Source: Mobula hypostoma (lineage: Eukaryota). Taken from it: a stretch of 64,000 nt of DNA. The stretch is taken from NCBI RefSeq assembly GCF_963921235.1, contig NC_086097.1, positions 218,862,001-218,926,000 on the forward strand, given 5' to 3'. Position numbers and translations under genes: made by a program. Shown here in pieces: positions 60,345-64,000 of the stretch (positions are counted from its first letter, which is position 1; each line of letters opens with the position of its first letter). Under the pieces are notes generated by a model. That model was given only the letters and a program-made list of their open reading frames with translations. It searched no databases and had not been told where the DNA came from.

Positions 60345-60870
60345 ATAGCCAGGGGTTTAAAAGGAGCTTGTCCCCACTACCTATTAAATGATCCCAATGG
60401 CATGTGTCTCGAACAGCTTCTGACAACCAAGTCCAGTTCCTGACCTTCATGTGCAGCTTAGCTACTAAGCCTTGCAGAACCATTTCTACTGACAAAAGGT
60501 CAATTACTGGCTCCTTCAAACCAGTCGATCCGGGCAGATGGGGCTCATTGTTCATGGTTGACAGCTCATCTAGGAGAAGAAGAACTCTGATCACAAACCT
60601 CTGCTGCCCTGTGTCTATACCCACTCATGGGTAAAGATTCAGGTGTAAACCCCGAGGAAATATCCGGAGCTGGATCCCTCAGACAGTTCTATATTGAGTT
60701 CAACACCGGCTGGCAATTCCTGTGACACTGCTGATGCCAAACTGTATTGGTCTGTCCTGTTTTTTTTTTAGATTCATCAGCTGTGTGGAGAGGGGTAGCT
60801 ACATTGGCAACAGTTTGCTGTCCATATCGTACTGCCCTGGCTTGCGTATCACTTAGACAGCTGGGACAAA
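60345..60870 (+). mobile_element. Probable RTE-related non-autonomous element
   Basis: cagctcatctaggagaagaagaactctgatcacaaacc resembles an RTE-clade 5' UTR motif from memory. No ORF. Confidence 0.4.
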
Positions 60871-61059
60871 ACATTAATGGTTGACCCCAACCTATGGAAG
60901 TGGCTCAAGTTTGAAAAGTCACACATCTTATTTACTCATTGTAATGGGTTGGGTTGATCAGACACAAAACACCCAAACCAATTCGGGTGTCCAGGAAATG
61001 GGTATATGCGTACAATTACAACATAGTAACAAGCCTAATTTATTATTATAACACAGAAA

Positions 61060-61465
61060 GACCATAAGACATAGGTGCAGAATTAGACCATTTGGCCAGT
61101 CGAGTCTGTTCTGCCATTCAGTCATGGCTGATCTTTATTGTCCCTCCTCAGCCCCACTACCCAGCCTTCATCCCGTAACCTTTGATGCTGTGACCAATCA
61201 AGAACCTACCAATGTCCACCTGAAGTACACCTAACAACCTGGCCTCTACAGCTGTCTGCAGTAACAAATTCCACAAATTCACCATCTTCTGTCTTAAGAA
61301 ATTTCTCCACATCTCTGTTTTAAATGGATGTCCCTTTCTCCTGAGGCTGTGCCCTCTTGTCCTGGACTTCCCCCACCACGGGAAACATCCTTTCCACATC
61401 TACTCTGTCTAGGCCTTGCAACATTCGAAATGTTTCGTTGTGATCCCCCCTCATCCTTATAAATT
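61060..61465 (-). mobile_element. CR1 3' end
   Basis: IRMRGDHNETFRMLQGLDRVD; agaccataagacatagg terminus. Confidence 0.88.
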
Positions 61466-62305
61466 CCACACTAAATGCTACATAGTAAGTCAGAAAGATT
61501 TCCATAAGGATTTCAGGGCTCACAACTCTCAGCTGGCACTTGATTGTCGCTGTTGTCGGGTGAACTGCGAATTCCACCTCCACCCTGCGTCTGTTCTAGG
61601 TAACTGTCGATTGTGATCCTAGGTCTAGATGAAGTCCCAGGAACTGAGTGAGAGGTGCCTCAGTAAATAGTGCTTCCTTCCACAGGCATTGAGAGACGTG
61701 CAGAGACAGATACATTCTTTGGACTTTTGTTCTCATGCCACTAGTGCCTGAAGCTAAGAATCCAGAGGCCATTAACATACCTGTAGTGTAAAAATATAAC
61801 CACTATTAATGAATATTTAACATATCTACAATGTTTAACGTGTACAGGTACCTAACATGCTACAGGCTCACAAAGAGATAGAGTGTCACTTACAATTGTT
61901 CAGACTTTAATATTTTGACAAAATTAATACACCACAACACTCACAGACAGCCAAGTTTTAAGTAACTCTGATTACCCTGAAACTATGTTGTTTAAAAAGC
62001 CAACACTAAATCCACTTGTGTCAGGATCATTCTCAGGTGCTACTGCTGATCTCTGTCACATCTCACAGTTTACTACTCATTGCTATATTAAGGAGATTTA
62101 CTAAACTCAATACTTAAGGAGAGAATTCGTCTCATTTTCATTTTGTCCACAATAAGAAGCACAGCAGGCTGGATATTTGTTTGCATTCATTTCAGACATT
62201 TGTTCCATTGCCCAAATGTCTGAATAAAGATCTTTCTGGTTACCTCCTCCTGTGACCATTCCCATTTCAATTGGAAAAAGAATGTACTTCCTGCAAGTCC
62301 AATCA

Positions 62306-62534
62306 CAAACAAAAGAAAATCTGCAGATGCTGGAAAATCGAGCAGCACACATAAAATGCTGGAGGAACTCAGCAGGCCAGGCAGCATCTGTGGAAAAGAG
62401 TACAGTTGATGTTTTGGGCCGAGACCGTTCATCAGTCCTGCTGGAGGGTCTCGGCCCGAAACGTCAACTGTCCACTCTTTTCTATAGATGCTGCCTGGCC
62501 TTCTGAGTTCCTCTAGCATTTTGTGTGTGTTGCT
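62306..62534. mobile_element. Diverged palindromic hammerhead-bearing Penelope-derived insertion
   Basis: Long minus arm 62306-~62434 and short plus arm ~62432-62534 meet at the hammerhead 5' side. Cores are mutated (CTGCTGG...GAAACGTCA). No TSD found. Confidence 0.88.
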
Positions 62535-62829
62535 TGCCTCCTAGAAATACTATATTTCAGCAGCTTGTTGTGAATCCCAACACTCACTTGTTGCTGGCAA
62601 GTGTTGTACTGTTGGATCTTTAAAAAACTGACTGCAGAAATCATGCCTATGTGGATAAGTGCAAAATGTGCAAAATATTGATAAGAAGCATAGTGTTCTG
62701 TGGACAATATCATTTTAGCACAGTATTACGTTGGAAAACCATATTGCAGTGCGTGAACCTTGCAACTGAAGATCTCAATGATTTTGCAACTTTAATAAAC
62801 AGCATTTGGCTGATAATGTTTTAATGTTT

Positions 62830-63160
62830 AAGGTGTAAGGTACTCCTTCCCTCCACTAGCCTGCAGGTCCCCCTTGGACAAGGTGTAGCACCTGTTTAGT
62901 CCCCTGAACAGGGTCACGAAAAGCCATGGGAGCAGGTGATGGATGGTCATATGAGCAGCTGGTGCATATCACAAGTCCTGGTTATGTGATCACTGACAGA
63001 AGGCAGACAATCTCTGAAGAGTATTGATAATGGCTGGGATCACCTGTCTTGCAAAGATACTGCCCAGAAGAAGGCAAAGATACTGCCCAGAAGAACAATC
63101 CTTGTCATGGATATACCATGATAGCCCACGTCATACGACACGTCACATAGTGAATGAACT
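62830..63160 (+). mobile_element. SINE-like repeat with internal 22-bp tandem duplication
   Basis: GC-richer block in AT-rich flanks. GCAAAGATACTGCCCAGAAGAA at 63051-63072 and 63074-63095. Family not identified. Confidence 0.4.
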
Positions 63161-63342
63161 TTGAACTAGGACCTCATTAAGAATGGCCTCACTGATTACT
63201 TTGCATCCCTCAGAATTCTCTTAACTAATCACACCACTCAAACCACTAATCACATTTGGGCTCAGACCCCAAATGCTGATGAACCTTTCTCATCTTCCCT
63301 TCCCCCACCCTGACACCTGATTACCATAGTGGCTCAAATCAC

Positions 63343-64000
63343 TATAGGACATAGAAACAGAATTAGACCATTCAGCCCATCGAGTCTGCTCTGTCATTTC
63401 ATCATGGCTGATCCTGGATCCCACTCAATCCCATACATCTGCCTTCTCACCATAACCTTTGATGTCGTGACCAATCAGGAAATGATCGATTTTCGCTTTA
63501 AATATACTATGGTCTTGGCTCTCAACATTTGGCAGGTTTCAAAGAGATCCCCTTGCATTCTTCAAAATCCCAGTGAAGACAGGCCCAAAGCTGTCAAGCA
63601 CTCCTCATATGCTAACCCCTCCATTCCCAGAATCATCCTTGTGCACCTTCTCTGGATGCTCTCCAAAGACAACCCATTTAGACGGAGACGTAATGTGAAG
63701 ATTTTTACTCGTCATGTATATGAAGGATATAAGTAATAAAGTCAATTTAATTCAATTCAATTCCTTTCTGAGATATGGGGCCCAAAACTGTTGACAATTC
63801 TCAAATGTGGCCTGACTAGTGTCTTATAAAGCCTCAGCGTTATCTCCTTGTTTTTATATTCTATTCCCCTTGAAATGAAAGCTGACATTGAATTTGCCTT
63901 CTTTACCACAAACTCAATCTGTGAATTACCCTTCTGCGAGTCCTGCACAAGGACTCCCAAGTCCCTTTGCATCTCTGATGTTTGAATTTTCTCTCCATTT
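63343..64000 (-). mobile_element. CR1 3' fragment(s), running off the window
   Basis: QRDLGVLVQDSQK...LRLYKTLVRPHL; CR1 3' terminus at ~63343. Confidence 0.85.

Noticed and set aside
700..62534. Recurrent gatgctgcctggcctgctgagttcctccagc motif as CRISPR-like repeats
   Set aside because: Dispersed, in both orientations, with no regular spacers, in a eukaryotic context; it is the Penelope tail.

Overview
This is vertebrate nuclear DNA, very repeat-rich. The repeat repertoire (CR1 LINEs with an esterase ORF1, V-SINEs, Rex1/Babar, Penelope-like elements) suggests a cartilaginous fish, probably a ray (inference). The only host gene I can support is the CpG-rich promoter and first coding exon of a C8orf34 orthologue (10101-10166, MASQQSRIQSYLEKNRIGPLFE, GT donor). 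Everything downstream appears to be its first intron (>53 kb; exon 2 not seen). That intron is packed with nested, decayed transposons: two Gypsy LTR elements, CR1, Rex1/Babar, RTE, two Tigger/pogo copies, a Charlie/Buster hAT inside a Tc1 relic, a Harbinger derivative and tRNA-derived SINEs. The most striking system is a Penelope-like (RT + GIY-YIG) family whose 3' end carries a minimal type I hammerhead ribozyme (AGTC-CTGACGA-stem II-GAAAC-GTC-GACT). It occurs more than a dozen times: as ORF-bearing fragments, as a ~100-bp ribozyme-only insertion, and repeatedly as asymmetric palindromes with both 3' ends pointing outward. Several copies are flanked by 13-15-bp target-site duplications. The youngest is a perfect 100-bp hairpin (12221-12423) with an intact hammerhead on each strand.
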